64,000 nt of DNA from an uncultured Desulfarculus sp. (GCA_963665125.2 CAXXUK010000002.1:320001-384000); one strand, 5' to 3'; counted from the first letter of the stretch, positions 7,415 to 18,048 are shown. Made by a program: numbers and translations. The notes: generated from the letters alone by a model not told the origin.

Positions 7415-9916
7415 TCAGCTTCCGGCGGCGGGGCGCAGGGTTTGCTTGATTTTTTGCAATAACACGTTCATTTCAAAGGGCTTGTGTACGAAACCCTGGG
7501 TGCCTTGACGAAGGGAGCGTTCAAAGCGGTCGTCCTGGCCATAACCGCTGACAACCAGCACGGGCACTTCCGGATTGATGAAGCGGATATACTCCAGCAA
7601 TTGCGGCCCGCCAAGGTCCGGCAGCCCCACATCCATCAAAACCAGCGCTATTTGATCCTCGTCGCGCATTATTTCCAGGCCCTTTTCACCGTCCGGAGCC
7701 GTTATTGTCTTGTAACCGTGCCGGTCGAGAATTCTTTTGCCGATATCCAGCAGATCCTGTTCGTCATCAATGATGAGTACCAGTTCACCATTGCCGTGTA
7801 AATCCTCTGGCGCGGTTTTCGGCGCATGCGGCTCATCGCCGGGCTGATCCATCGCCGGGAAATAGAGGTTAAAGACCGCACCCTCTCCCGGACTGCTTTG
7901 GCAGGTTATTGCCCCGCCGTGGGTTTTCACCGCTCCGAAAACCGTGGGCAAGCCCAGACCGGTGCCCTTTCCTACTTCCTTGGTGGTGAAAAACGGATCG
8001 AATATCTTGGAAAGGGTGAGTTCGTTCATACCCTCGCCGGTGTCTGAGAAGCTGAGATTCACATAGCGTCCCGGCGGGATGTTCATCTGCCCGGCCTGGA
8101 ATTGATCCAGATCAACGGTTCGACCGGTGATGCTCAGCACGCCGCCGTTGGGCATTGCGTCGCTGGCGTTTGAGGCCAGATTCATGATGATTTGTTCGAT
8201 CATGTTGGGGTCCGCCTTGATCGGCGGAGTATTCTGGGCAAACCTGCTCTGGATGCTGATCATCTTGGGTATGGTGCGCTCCAGCAGCTTCAGGGTGTTG
8301 TTGACGACATTTTCCAAGGAGGTGGGCACCAACTCTGTTTCAACCTTGCGGCTGAAGGTCAGGATCTGCCGGACAAGTTCCTTGGCCCGCTTGGTTGAAT
8401 CCAGCAGGCGGCGAAGGTTTTCCGGGCTGGCCTTGCCTTCATTGGCGTCCCAGATGGCCAATTCGGCAAAACCCATGACCGCGCCGAGAATATTGTTGAA
8501 GTCGTGGGCAATTCCGCCTGCAAGGGTGCCGATGGCCTCCATTTTTTGGGCCTGACGTAGTTGTAGCTCCAGTTGGCGTTTTTCCTCTTCGGCCTTGTTG
8601 CGCTCGGACATGTCGCGCATCACCGCCACGTAACCCAGGGTCTGGTGGCCGGGCCCCTGGATGGTGCTCAGGGATGACTCCATGGGGAAAACGGAACCGT
8701 TTTTGTGTTTGTAGTCCCACTCTCCCCGCCAATAGCCCTGCCGCCGGACGATTGGGTAGACCTCGCGGCCGAAGCGCTCGAAGTGGTCCCATGATGGGTG
8801 AACGATCAATGTAGATGATCCAACTATTTCATCGGAGGTATAACCGAATTGCTGGAGAAACGCGGGGTTGCTTTCCAAAATAATTCTGTTCTCATCGAGG
8901 GTGATGATGCTGTCTATTGAGCTGTCGATCAGCGCCTTGTGGTATTGTTCACGATTGGCCAACTGCTGCTCGGCGTGTTGCCTTTGAGTCAGTTCCTTGA
9001 CCAGGGCCTGTGTTTTTTCGCCGACCTTTCGGCGCAGGGTCCAAGACCAGCCTATGATCAGGCCCAGCAGCAACAACAGCGGCACTAAAACGATTGACGC
9101 GAAGATCAGGGCTTTGCCCCAGACGTCGGATCTGTCCCCCGCCCCAAACCACTTGTTATAGATTTCATCATAGCGGCCATTGGCGTGAATCAGGCTAAGG
9201 CCCTCGTTGAGCACGGAGACCAAATGAACATCGCCTTTTTTAACGGCAAAACAGTAGCGCAGGGGCAGGACCGGTTTGCCCACGGCTTCGATGTTTTCGA
9301 GGTTTTGCTCCCGGATGATGAAGTTGCCCAGCAGACGAGGCAGAATGGCGCAATCGTACCGGTCATTTTCCAATAGACTCAAGGCTTGGCTGGGGTTTGT
9401 CACCCTGATAACCTGTTGCCCGATTTTGTTTTTTGTTACGTAGTCGTCGGCAATGTCGCCTTTTTGGACGACGACTCTTTTGTTTGCCAGGCCTTGGAAG
9501 CTGGTAACGGATGAACCCTTGCGGACGAAGATGGTGTAGGTGACGACGATAAAAGCCCTGGAGAAATCGACGATATCCGCGCGTTCCTTTGAGTAGAACA
9601 TACCAGTTAAGGCGTCGATCTCGCCCCGCTCCAGTTGACTTCGCACCTGGGTCCAGGGGCCCAAACTTATTTCGACCTGTATTCCCATGGCCTTGGCCAC
9701 GGCCAGCATGATGTCCACGTTGAAACCTTGGGCCACCCCTTGCTGGTCTATGAATTCATAGGGCGGATAGGAGTCGTCACCGCGAACCTTCAGCCATTTT
9801 GCCGCCTTGGCACCATCATTATTGGCCAAGGCTGGTTGGCAAAAAAACAGGCAGACCGCGCCAATTAAGCAACAGACAAACGTCTTAAGTAAATAAGCGG
9901 GATTTGATCCGTTCAT
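7415..9916 (-). CDS. Hybrid sensor histidine kinase (periplasmic binding domain-TM-PAS-HisKA-HATPase-REC)
   Basis: DSYPPYEF..GFNVDI; LAGGIAHDFNNIL; FDPFFTTKEVGKGTGLGL; C-terminal receiver; start uncertain. Confidence 0.93.
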   Translation of the reverse strand: MNGSNPAYLLKTFVCCLIGAVCLFFCQPALANNDGAKAAKWLKVRGDDSYPPYEFIDQQGVAQGFNVDIMLAVAKAMGIQVEISLGPWTQVRSQLERGEIDALTGMFYSKERADIVDFSRAFIVVTYTIFVRKGSSVTSFQGLANKRVVVQKGDIADDYVTKNKIGQQVIRVTNPSQALSLLENDRYDCAILPRLLGNFIIREQNLENIEAVGKPVLPLRYCFAVKKGDVHLVSVLNEGLSLIHANGRYDEIYNKWFGAGDRSDVWGKALIFASIVLVPLLLLLGLIIGWSWTLRRKVGEKTQALVKELTQRQHAEQQLANREQYHKALIDSSIDSIITLDENRIILESNPAFLQQFGYTSDEIVGSSTLIVHPSWDHFERFGREVYPIVRRQGYWRGEWDYKHKNGSVFPMESSLSTIQGPGHQTLGYVAVMRDMSERNKAEEEKRQLELQLRQAQKMEAIGTLAGGIAHDFNNILGAVMGFAELAIWDANEGKASPENLRRLLDSTKRAKELVRQILTFSRKVETELVPTSLENVVNNTLKLLERTIPKMISIQSRFAQNTPPIKADPNMIEQIIMNLASNASDAMPNGGVLSITGRTVDLDQFQAGQMNIPPGRYVNLSFSDTGEGMNELTLSKIFDPFFTTKEVGKGTGLGLPTVFGAVKTHGGAITCQSSPGEGAVFNLYFPAMDQPGDEPHAPKTAPEDLHGNGELVLIIDDEQDLLDIGKRILDRHGYKTITAPDGEKGLEIMRDEDQIALVLMDVGLPDLGGPQLLEYIRFINPEVPVLVVSGYGQDDRFERSLRQGTQGFVHKPFEMNVLLQKIKQTLRPAAGS

Positions 9917-10129
9917 CAGCGGTACCAGTGCGTTGTCCAATTAAAGATTCTATCCGAGATGTGTCTGGTTAACTGCCACCTTTATTTCAGGATAATCAAT
10001 TTTACCGCGCATGGCTATGCCCGGCGTGACAACATATGAATATTGTCGTTCTGTGACACCATTGACACGAGAAAACAATTTTCCCATGCCTTGCAGGAAC
10101 ACCATGGCAGCCAAGTTATCAATGCGCCA

Positions 10130-10894
10130 TTAGAAGCCCGAGGGAATGTGCCCCATGGCTCGGCTGACAGAATCGGCCGCCGCCATGAGCCTGCCGGCAA
10201 GATCGGTCCGGTTGCGTTTGAATACTTGTTGAGGCAGGCCCGATACGCTGATCGAGCCGACGATAGCGCCACCCGGCCCGCGCACCGCTGCGGCGTAACA
10301 GCCCACGCCCAGCATGAATTCTTCACGGTCTTCGGCATATCCCTGGCGCTGGAACATCTCCAATTGGTCCAGCAGTTCCCGGCGGTCGGTAATGGTATGG
10401 CTGGTCATCTTGACCAGGACGGTGTGATCCAGAGTGTCGTGCAATTCATCAGGCTCCAGGGCGGCCAGCACGGCCTTGCCGATGGCCGTGCAGTGGCAGG
10501 GAAGCCTGGGGCCCATCTGCTGCATCTGGCTGCCAGAGCTGCCGGGCAGGGCGGTCATGGTCAAGACCATGGCCGGAGGGTCCCACAAGGCCAAGCGGGC
10601 GCTGAGGCCCACCTCCCCGGCCAGGTCGTGGACCACGGGCGAACCTACCTGATTTATCTTCAGGCTGGCGGCCAGGTTCGAGCCCAACTCGTAAATTCGT
10701 AACCCCAACATGTATTTGCGGGTTTCGGGGTCCTGTTGCAGGAAACCGCGGCTCACCAGGGTGCGCACCAGGCCGTGGATCGTGGTCTTGGATAGGCCCA
10801 GCATGTTGGCCATTTCGGTAATGCCGAGTCTGGTTTTTTCCACTGTGAAAAGGCTCAGGATGTCCACGGCCCTGTTTACCGATTGTACGCTCAT
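10130..10894 (-). CDS. IclR-family transcriptional regulator
   Basis: VQSVNRAVDIL..LGLSKTTIHGLV HTH; HCTAIGKAVLA; GYAEDREE. Confidence 0.95.
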   Translation of the reverse strand: MSVQSVNRAVDILSLFTVEKTRLGITEMANMLGLSKTTIHGLVRTLVSRGFLQQDPETRKYMLGLRIYELGSNLAASLKINQVGSPVVHDLAGEVGLSARLALWDPPAMVLTMTALPGSSGSQMQQMGPRLPCHCTAIGKAVLAALEPDELHDTLDHTVLVKMTSHTITDRRELLDQLEMFQRQGYAEDREEFMLGVGCYAAAVRGPGGAIVGSISVSGLPQQVFKRNRTDLAGRLMAAADSVSRAMGHIPSGF

Positions 10895-11239
10895 ATTTTT
10901 CTCCCTGGTTCAAACCGAAATCGCGGGCGCGGCAACCGTACCCCCCTGGGCCTGGTGTCGGATCATTGTGTTCAGTAATGCAGGATATATTACGGCATGG
11001 CGGAAGTGCAAGAGAAGGTTCGTTTAATGAAATCGTAGCCGGATCATCCGTCAGATAGGCCGCGAATAGGGGCTGATTCAAAGGGCATGGATGATAATCT
11101 AGGATATAACAATTTGAAATGACAGATTAAAATTAGTAGTGGCCTGCTTGCTTGTAACTGGTTGCCTTTGCCGGGCGAAACACAATGCGAAACATTAGCA
11201 GCAAAGGTAAATCAGGTGAAAGCACCACAAGCAACAGCA

Positions 11240-12379
11240 ATGGAACCGCAATGGGATAGTCCCGCCGATATTCCGTCAGCGGTCCCGGAATCGGCCGATT
11301 GGGCTCAGTGCGACATAATTATCCCCATCTACAACAATGTGGACGACACCCGGCTATGCCTTGAGCACATCAGGGCCAATACGGGTCCGGCGTACCGGCT
11401 GGTTTTGGTTGATGATTGTTCGGACAACTATGCCGCCCAATGGTTGGAAAACATCGCCGCCCGCCGGATCTATGGTCCGACCCTGCTGGTACGCCGCCAG
11501 ACGCGGGGCGGCTGGACCGGCGCCACCAACGCGGGCCTGGCGCTGTCAAGGGCGCCGTTTATCTGCCTGATGAACAACGACACCTTGGCCGCGCCGGGCT
11601 GGCTGGACAGGCTGCTCTATCATTTCGACCGCCAGCCCGCGTTGGGGCTGATGCAGCCCGCCGGCAACGAGGCCGAATTGCGCCGGGAAATGAATGCCGA
11701 TTTGAATGGTTTCGCCGCCCGGATAGCCTCCCGCAATTTCGGCATTTTCACGCGCACGAGCTATATCAGCGGCTTCTGCCTGGTCATGCGCCGCAGTCTG
11801 TACCGCACCCTGGGCCCGTTCGACCCCGCTTTTGACAAAGGGCTGTGGGCCGACCACGACTACTGCCGCAAGGCCCAGGATTTGGGCTATTTCAGCGCCG
11901 TGGCCGAAGACTCCCTGGTGTTGCATCTCCAGGGACGCACCATGGGGCGGCGCTCCGAGGCTGTGATCCGGGCCAATCTATCGGCGGAGCGGTTGTTCAT
12001 CAGCCGCTGGGGCTACAAGCAGGGCGTTTACTGGCGGCCGGACATACCCCTGACCGCGCCCGAGGCCGCCGCCCAGATGGCCAAGCTCGTCGCCCTGGCA
12101 GACCGGGGCAACATGATTTACGTGGCCCTTGCGCATGGCGAAACGCCGGAACGGGTTCTTGCCGCTCACGGCCTGCCCAGACACTCCAACATCAAATTCG
12201 AAACGCCGGGCCTGCCCCTGCCAAAATCGGCGTGGTGCGCCTTTCGCTATCATTACCAGCGCTACAAAAGGCGGGTGCGGATCTTCCACTGGGGGAACCT
12301 GGCCGACTTGGATCTGCGCTGCCGGCCCCTGGACGAACTGCCGCCCCGGGAAATCGCCGTGGTCTACCGGGGCAAGTGA
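11240..12379 (+). CDS. Glycosyltransferase family 2
   Basis: DIIIPIYN, LVDDCS, LMNNDT, SGFCLV, D.DYC motifs. Confidence 0.9.
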   Translation: MEPQWDSPADIPSAVPESADWAQCDIIIPIYNNVDDTRLCLEHIRANTGPAYRLVLVDDCSDNYAAQWLENIAARRIYGPTLLVRRQTRGGWTGATNAGLALSRAPFICLMNNDTLAAPGWLDRLLYHFDRQPALGLMQPAGNEAELRREMNADLNGFAARIASRNFGIFTRTSYISGFCLVMRRSLYRTLGPFDPAFDKGLWADHDYCRKAQDLGYFSAVAEDSLVLHLQGRTMGRRSEAVIRANLSAERLFISRWGYKQGVYWRPDIPLTAPEAAAQMAKLVALADRGNMIYVALAHGETPERVLAAHGLPRHSNIKFETPGLPLPKSAWCAFRYHYQRYKRRVRIFHWGNLADLDLRCRPLDELPPREIAVVYRGK

Positions 12380-13299
12380 GCCGCCGGGGCCTTTGGGGTA
12401 ATGCTCTCGGCCTCGATGAAGACCTTTTTTACCAAGGGGAGTTCGGATTTGATGGCGGCGTCGATCTCGCTGACCGTACGCTCAACCTGGGCGGCGCTGA
12501 GCGTGTCGTCAAAATCCAGGCTGATGGTCACCAGGATATAGCTGGGCCCCATGTGCATGGTCAGGACCTCGCCGATGCCGCTGATCTCCGGCCGCTCGGC
12601 CAAGAGGCCCCTTATCCGGGCGATATCTTCGCGCCCGGCCCGTTCGCCGATCAAAAGGCCCTTGGTCTCCACGGCCAGCCACACCGCCGTGGCCGCCAGG
12701 ATCAGGCCGATGCCGATGGACGCCGCGCCGTCAAAGACGTGATTGCCGGTGATCTGGTACAGGGCCGTTCCGGCCAGGGCCACCAGCAGACCGGCCATGG
12801 CCGCGCTGTCCTCGAACAGCACCACGAACACCGTGGGGTCCTTGCCCCGGTGCACGGCCTCCAGATAGCCCCGTTGGCCCTTGATCTTGCCGAATTCCTT
12901 GAGGGCGAAGATCCAGGCCGCGCCTTCGAAGACCATGGCCAACACCAGAACCACGTAGTTGAGCGTGAGGTCGCCCATTGGCGAGGGTTTGATGATGTGG
13001 ATGATGCCTTCGTAAATGCTGATGCCCGCGCCCAGGGCGAAGATCAGCAGGGCCACCACGAAGCTCCAGAAATAGACTTCCTTGCCGTAGCCGAAGGGGA
13101 ACATTTGATCGGCCGGTTTTTTGGCCCGGCGCATGCCGTGCAGCAGAAGGGCCTGGTTGCCCGTATCGACCAGGGAGTGGATGCCCTCGGAAAGCATGGC
13201 CGACGAGCCGCTGAGGCCCGCGGCGATGAATTTGGTCACGGCGATGGCCAGGTTGCCGGCCAGGGCCGCGTAGATTACTTTTTTGGAGCCTGATGCCAT
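12364..13299 (-). CDS. Cation diffusion facilitator family transporter
   Basis: SSAMLSEGIHSLVDTGNQ, FPFGYGKE, EDSAA motifs. Confidence 0.93.
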   Translation of the reverse strand: MASGSKKVIYAALAGNLAIAVTKFIAAGLSGSSAMLSEGIHSLVDTGNQALLLHGMRRAKKPADQMFPFGYGKEVYFWSFVVALLIFALGAGISIYEGIIHIIKPSPMGDLTLNYVVLVLAMVFEGAAWIFALKEFGKIKGQRGYLEAVHRGKDPTVFVVLFEDSAAMAGLLVALAGTALYQITGNHVFDGAASIGIGLILAATAVWLAVETKGLLIGERAGREDIARIRGLLAERPEISGIGEVLTMHMGPSYILVTISLDFDDTLSAAQVERTVSEIDAAIKSELPLVKKVFIEAESITPKAPAAHLPR

Positions 13300-13315
13300 T
13301 TAATTCTGTATTCCG

Positions 13316-13648
13316 CTAATAGTTGACTTCGATCTTGGCCCGGCCCTTGTCCAGCCTGAACTCGATCTTTTCAAAGGGGCAGCGTTTCATGGCCCGAGCT
13401 TCGGTGACCGGCTTGTCCCTGACGAAGATGCGTTTTTTCATCAACGGCGCTTTGCAAGGGTAGAAACGCAGCAGCCCCCCGGCCATCTCCGTGCCCAGGC
13501 GGGTGACCGTGACGCTGACCTCGTTCACCATGGGATCGAATTCCAAGGTGAAGGTATCGCCGGTGTCGAGTTCCGCGGTTTTTTGGGCTGCCGCCGCCGG
13601 GCCGGCCAGGCACAGCATTATGGCCGCCCAAACAAAAAGCCGTTTCAT
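13316..13648 (-). CDS. Hypothetical exported protein (110 aa)
   Basis: GGAGG RBS; signal peptide MKRLFVWAAIMLCLAGPAAA. Confidence 0.7.
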   Translation of the reverse strand: MKRLFVWAAIMLCLAGPAAAAQKTAELDTGDTFTLEFDPMVNEVSVTVTRLGTEMAGGLLRFYPCKAPLMKKRIFVRDKPVTEARAMKRCPFEKIEFRLDKGRAKIEVNY

Positions 13649-13710
13649 CGGACCCTCCCAAGGACGGAGGCTTTCGCCCCCGCCGGTTTCTTTAACACAC
13701 CCACCGAAGA

Positions 13711-16194
13711 TCAGCCAGCCTTGTGCAGCTTGAGCTTGGCCTTGGCCAAAAAGCGGCTGTGCCGGCCGGCGCTGTGGTTCAGATGTTTGTAGATGCCCAG
13801 CTTGGCCCAGTCTTCGATAAACACCCAGATAATGCAGTAGCCCCAAATCAGGCCGATGTACTTCCAAGATATGGGCGTGACGAAAAATCCGTAGGCCACC
13901 ACCAATGTGGCCAACAGCTTGGTGGCCACCGCCGACCAGATCATGGCCGACGAGGGGAAGGGCCGGGCCAGCATGGGCTTGCTGGAGCGGGCCACGAACA
14001 AGGTCAGGTGTCCGGCCACGGCCAGCTTGAGGAAGATGAATGACTGGATCTGGGCCTGGTCCAGGCCGAGCCAGGTCCGGGCCAGGATCAGCAGCAGGAA
14101 GGTCTCCACCACGCCGATGAGGCCCAGGCAGCTCGACACCGTCAGCACCCGCCGCATGTCCCATTGCACCGGAGTCGGAGATAAATACGTGCTGTCCGAG
14201 GCGATGGTCATTATCGGCACGTCGTTTAATAGCGCCAGCAGGATGATCATGATGGCCGTGACGGGGTAGAAGTTGTAGACAAGGATGGCCGCCACCACGA
14301 AGAACATGATGCGTATGGTCTCGGTGATGCGGTAAATGGCGTATGAGTTCATGCGCTCGAAGATGCGCCGTGCCTCCTCCACGGCCGAGACGATGACCGA
14401 CAGGCCCGGCGCGGTGAGGATCAAATCCGCCGCCGCCCTGGCCGCATCGGTGGCCCCGCTTACGGCCACGCCCACGTCGGCCTGCTTCAAGGCAGGGGCG
14501 TCGTTGACGCCATCGCCGGTCATGGCCGAGATATGCCCCCGCTGCTGCAAGGCCTTGACTATGCCGTACTTGTGCTCCGGGAAAACCTGGGCGAATCCGT
14601 CGGCCTTTTCCACCCTTTCGGCCGTGGCGTCGTCCAGGGTCTGGGTGGCCGCGTCGCCGCTGAAGATGGCCTCGGCAGGCTGGATCTCCGTGCCCAGGCC
14701 AAGCCGGCGGCTGATTTCCTTGGCAATGGCCGCATGGTCGCCGGTGACCATCTTGACGTCGATGCCATGTTCCTTAGCCTTTTGAATGGTCTCGGCCGCG
14801 TCTTCCCGGGGCGGGTCGTACAGCGGCACCAGGCCCAGGAAGCGCCAGCCTTCGCCGTCGTCCCTGGCCACGCCCAGGGGCCGGTAGCCCTTGGCCGCCA
14901 TGGCGTCGACCCTGGCCGTGACGTCGGAAGCCAGGGCCTCGTCAACCGGGCACAGGCCCAATATGGCCTGGGGCGCGCCCTTGCTGACCTTGAAACTCTT
15001 GCCCTGGCCGCTGACGGTGGCCTCGGTGCGCTTGCCCACCGGGTCAAAGGGCAGGAACTGATCCTGGATGTAGCCGTCCAGCACGGCCATGTCGTCCAGG
15101 GCGTCCAATACGGCAGAGTCAATGGCGTCGGCGCTTTCGGCCTTGCTGGCCAAGGCCGCGGCCAACAGCAGCTCTTCGCGGCCCGCCCCGGCCATGGCCT
15201 GCACATCGCCCAGGGTCAGTTTGTTCTGGGTAAGGGTGCCGGTCTTGTCCGAGCACAGCACGTCCATGCCCGCCATTTCCTCGATGGCCTCCAACCGGCT
15301 GACAATGGCTTTCATCTTGGAAAGGGCCAAAGCGCCCACGGCCATGGTAACGCTGAGCACCGCGGGCATGGCCACCGGGATGGCCGCCACGGTGAGGATC
15401 AGGGCGAACTGCACCAGCTCCAGGAAGGGCAGGCCCCGCTCCAGGCCGAAGAGGATCAACATGGCCACCAGGCCAAGGGTCAGGTAGATCAGATAGTCGC
15501 CGATGGTCAACACGGCCTTTTGGAAGTGGCTGGGCGCTCCGGCGCTTTCCACCAGGGCGGCGGTGCGGCCGAAGAAGGTATTGCCGCCGGTGGCCGTGAC
15601 CACGGCCCGCACCTCGCCCTGTTTGGCCACGCTGCCCGAATAGGCCGCGTCGCCCACTTTCTTGGATACGGGCAGGGATTCGCCGGTCAGGGCGGCCTGG
15701 TCCACGCTCAGGTATTCACCGCTGATTATCTTGGCGTCGGCCGGGATGATGTCGCCCAGGCGCAGCAAAACAATATCGCCGGGCACCAGATCCGCCGCCG
15801 GAATATCGCCCCATTGGCCGTCCCGCAGGACCCTGGCCTGGAGGGCCAGCTGGTTTTTCAGGGCCTCCAGGGCGCTTTGGGCCTTGCTCTCCTGCCAGAA
15901 ACCGATGCAGGCGTTGAACAGCAGCAATATCACGATGACTATGAAGTCTTCCCAGTGCCGGACAATGGCCGAAAGCACTGCCGCGGCCTCGATCATCCAG
16001 GGTATGGGTCCCCAGAAATACCTCAGAAAATCCAGAACCGGGTTACGCTTTTTCTCGGCCAAGGCGTTGGGGCCCACCTGCTCCAGGCGCTTGGCCGCTT
16101 CGGCTGATCCAAGGCCCTGGGCGCCCGTGTCCAGGCGGTCCATTACCTGTTCAATGTTCAGGTTCTGCGCATCATCACTGGATAACGTTTGCAT
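13711..16194 (-). CDS. Plasma-membrane proton-efflux P-type ATPase (type IIIA-like)
   Basis: WGPIPWMIE, DQAALTGES, IPVAMP, CSDKTGTLT, KGAPQ, TGDGVNDAPALK, ALLND. Confidence 0.93.
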   Translation of the reverse strand: MQTLSSDDAQNLNIEQVMDRLDTGAQGLGSAEAAKRLEQVGPNALAEKKRNPVLDFLRYFWGPIPWMIEAAAVLSAIVRHWEDFIVIVILLLFNACIGFWQESKAQSALEALKNQLALQARVLRDGQWGDIPAADLVPGDIVLLRLGDIIPADAKIISGEYLSVDQAALTGESLPVSKKVGDAAYSGSVAKQGEVRAVVTATGGNTFFGRTAALVESAGAPSHFQKAVLTIGDYLIYLTLGLVAMLILFGLERGLPFLELVQFALILTVAAIPVAMPAVLSVTMAVGALALSKMKAIVSRLEAIEEMAGMDVLCSDKTGTLTQNKLTLGDVQAMAGAGREELLLAAALASKAESADAIDSAVLDALDDMAVLDGYIQDQFLPFDPVGKRTEATVSGQGKSFKVSKGAPQAILGLCPVDEALASDVTARVDAMAAKGYRPLGVARDDGEGWRFLGLVPLYDPPREDAAETIQKAKEHGIDVKMVTGDHAAIAKEISRRLGLGTEIQPAEAIFSGDAATQTLDDATAERVEKADGFAQVFPEHKYGIVKALQQRGHISAMTGDGVNDAPALKQADVGVAVSGATDAARAAADLILTAPGLSVIVSAVEEARRIFERMNSYAIYRITETIRIMFFVVAAILVYNFYPVTAIMIILLALLNDVPIMTIASDSTYLSPTPVQWDMRRVLTVSSCLGLIGVVETFLLLILARTWLGLDQAQIQSFIFLKLAVAGHLTLFVARSSKPMLARPFPSSAMIWSAVATKLLATLVVAYGFFVTPISWKYIGLIWGYCIIWVFIEDWAKLGIYKHLNHSAGRHSRFLAKAKLKLHKAG

Positions 16195-16310
16195 GGCGGA
16201 TTCTCCATTCTGGGAAAAGACTACTGCTTACCAGGATAAGACTATGGGCAGGCGAAGTCCAGCGGCCATGCGCGGCCTTGGAGGCGTCACGAAAAAGTTG
16301 CCAGCGGCCC

Positions 16311-16341
16311 TTGACCTGTCTATAGGTTCATAGTTTAGGGT
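16311..16341 (+). promoter_or_regulatory. MerR-type promoter/operator
   Basis: TTGACC-19 bp-TAGGGT with dyad ACCT-N6-AGGT, directly upstream of a MerR gene. Confidence 0.65.
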
Positions 16342-16376
16342 TTGTTCATTGATGATCATCAAGAAGTGAGAAAAAC

Positions 16377-17588
16377 ATGTTCACCGTATCCCAGGCGGCC
16401 AAATTGCTGGGCTTGGCCCGCAGCACATTGCTGTACTACGAGCGCATCGGCCTGGTGCGGCCCGACAGAGGCCGAGCCAACCGCTACCGCCAATATAGCC
16501 GGGAAGACATCGACAGGCTGTTCATGGTGCGCCAGTTGCAGAAGGCGGGCTTGAGTCTCAAGGAATGCGCCCGTTGCCTGGCCGGGGAGATGCCTACGGA
16601 GATGCTGGACGAGAGGCTGGCCGAGGTGGAGCGGCGCATGGCCGACCTGGCCCGGACCAGGCTGCTGTTGGCGGCCCTGCAGGCCAGGGCGGGAGGCCGA
16701 AACGGCCCGCCCGGCGGCGAGGAACTCCGGCAATGGCACCGGCAATTCGAGGCCCTGGCCCCCATGGGCCACGACGAGATGCTGCGGCGTCTGGGCTTCA
16801 GCGAAAAAGAATCAATATATATAAGAATGGTGTCCAAGGACATGACTGACAATGAAACATATATGAAGCACTTTTTCTGGGTTCACGAACAGGTCCCGTT
16901 CCAAGGAGTGGGCAGCCCGGAAACCACCCGCCGCGCCTTTGAGATGATTCCAAATCCCGAGTCCGTGGCGAGAATAATTGATATCGGCTGCGGGGCGGGC
17001 GGCCCGGCCCTTAGGCTGGCCAAGCTGACCAAGGCGGCAATAACCGCGGTGGACAACCACCAACCCTTCCTGGGCGCCCTGGAACGAAACGCGGCCAACG
17101 AGGGCCTGGGCGGGCGGATCAATACCGTCAACGCCAGCATGACCGAACTGCCTTTTGCCGACGAATCATTCGACCTTATCTGGGCCGAGGGCTCGGCGTT
17201 CGTGATGGGCGTTGAAACCGCCCTCGAGCAGTGGCGGCGGCTGGTGCCGGCGGGCCGCTGGATGGCCATCAGCGAGGTGACCTGGCTCACCGAAAAGCCC
17301 TCACCCGAGACGGTCGAGTTTTTTGCCGCGGAATACCCGGATATCAGTAACATCGAGACTAGGCAAAAGCAGGCCGAGGACTGCGGCTGGCGGGTGCTGG
17401 GCGCTTTCGTGCAGCCGCCGTCGGATTGGCAGGCCTATTACGGCCAGATGCCCGGCCCCCTGGCCAAGGCGCGGAAAGAGTTTGGCCCCAGCCGTGCGTT
17501 CGACAACATCGAGGCCGAGATCAAGATGTACGATGATCACGGCGACGAATACGGCCACTTCTGCATGGTTTTGGAAAAGCGGGCATAA
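16377..17588 (+). CDS. MerR HTH fused to class I SAM-dependent methyltransferase
   Basis: RSTLLYYERIGL..NRYRQYS; IIDIGCGAG; FDLIWAEGS. Confidence 0.9.
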   Translation: MFTVSQAAKLLGLARSTLLYYERIGLVRPDRGRANRYRQYSREDIDRLFMVRQLQKAGLSLKECARCLAGEMPTEMLDERLAEVERRMADLARTRLLLAALQARAGGRNGPPGGEELRQWHRQFEALAPMGHDEMLRRLGFSEKESIYIRMVSKDMTDNETYMKHFFWVHEQVPFQGVGSPETTRRAFEMIPNPESVARIIDIGCGAGGPALRLAKLTKAAITAVDNHQPFLGALERNAANEGLGGRINTVNASMTELPFADESFDLIWAEGSAFVMGVETALEQWRRLVPAGRWMAISEVTWLTEKPSPETVEFFAAEYPDISNIETRQKQAEDCGWRVLGAFVQPPSDWQAYYGQMPGPLAKARKEFGPSRAFDNIEAEIKMYDDHGDEYGHFCMVLEKRA

Positions 17589-17646
17589 TAAAAGCGGCCG
17601 GGGCGTCAATAGCTCCGGCCGCTGATCAGGCAAATCCGTCGGCGGA

Positions 17647-18048
17647 TTACTTCCAGCCGCCCTTCCAGCCTTTGCCCGTGCCGTCCAGGGGGCGGTCCGG
17701 GTAGTTGTCGCAGATGCCGTCGTTGTTGTCGTCGATCCAGTCGCCGGAGTTGACGCCGCCCCACTTGTTGGCGTCTCCGGCATAGTCGCAGATGCCGTCC
17801 TGGTCCGCGTCGATCCAACCCGGCGCGGTGCCTCCGTTGCCCTTGCCCGAGGTGGCCGCGGCCATCTGGGACCACAACACGGAGTCCTGATACGGATCAT
17901 AGATGCCGTCGCTGTTGGAGTCTATCCAGCCGGTCTGAAAGCTGGCGTCGCTGGTGCCCGAGCCGCCGCCATCCCCGCCGCCGCAGGCCGCCAGGGTCAT
18001 GACCATGGCCAACAGGGCCACGAGCGCAAAACCGCTACGTTTACTCAT
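17647..18048 (-). CDS. Gly-rich lipoprotein with three Dx[DN]xDG-type repeats
   Basis: Lipobox LAAC; WIDSNSDGIYD, WIDADQDGICD, WIDDNNDGICD. Confidence 0.75.
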   Translation of the reverse strand: MSKRSGFALVALLAMVMTLAACGGGDGGGSGTSDASFQTGWIDSNSDGIYDPYQDSVLWSQMAAATSGKGNGGTAPGWIDADQDGICDYAGDANKWGGVNSGDWIDDNNDGICDNYPDRPLDGTGKGWKGGWK

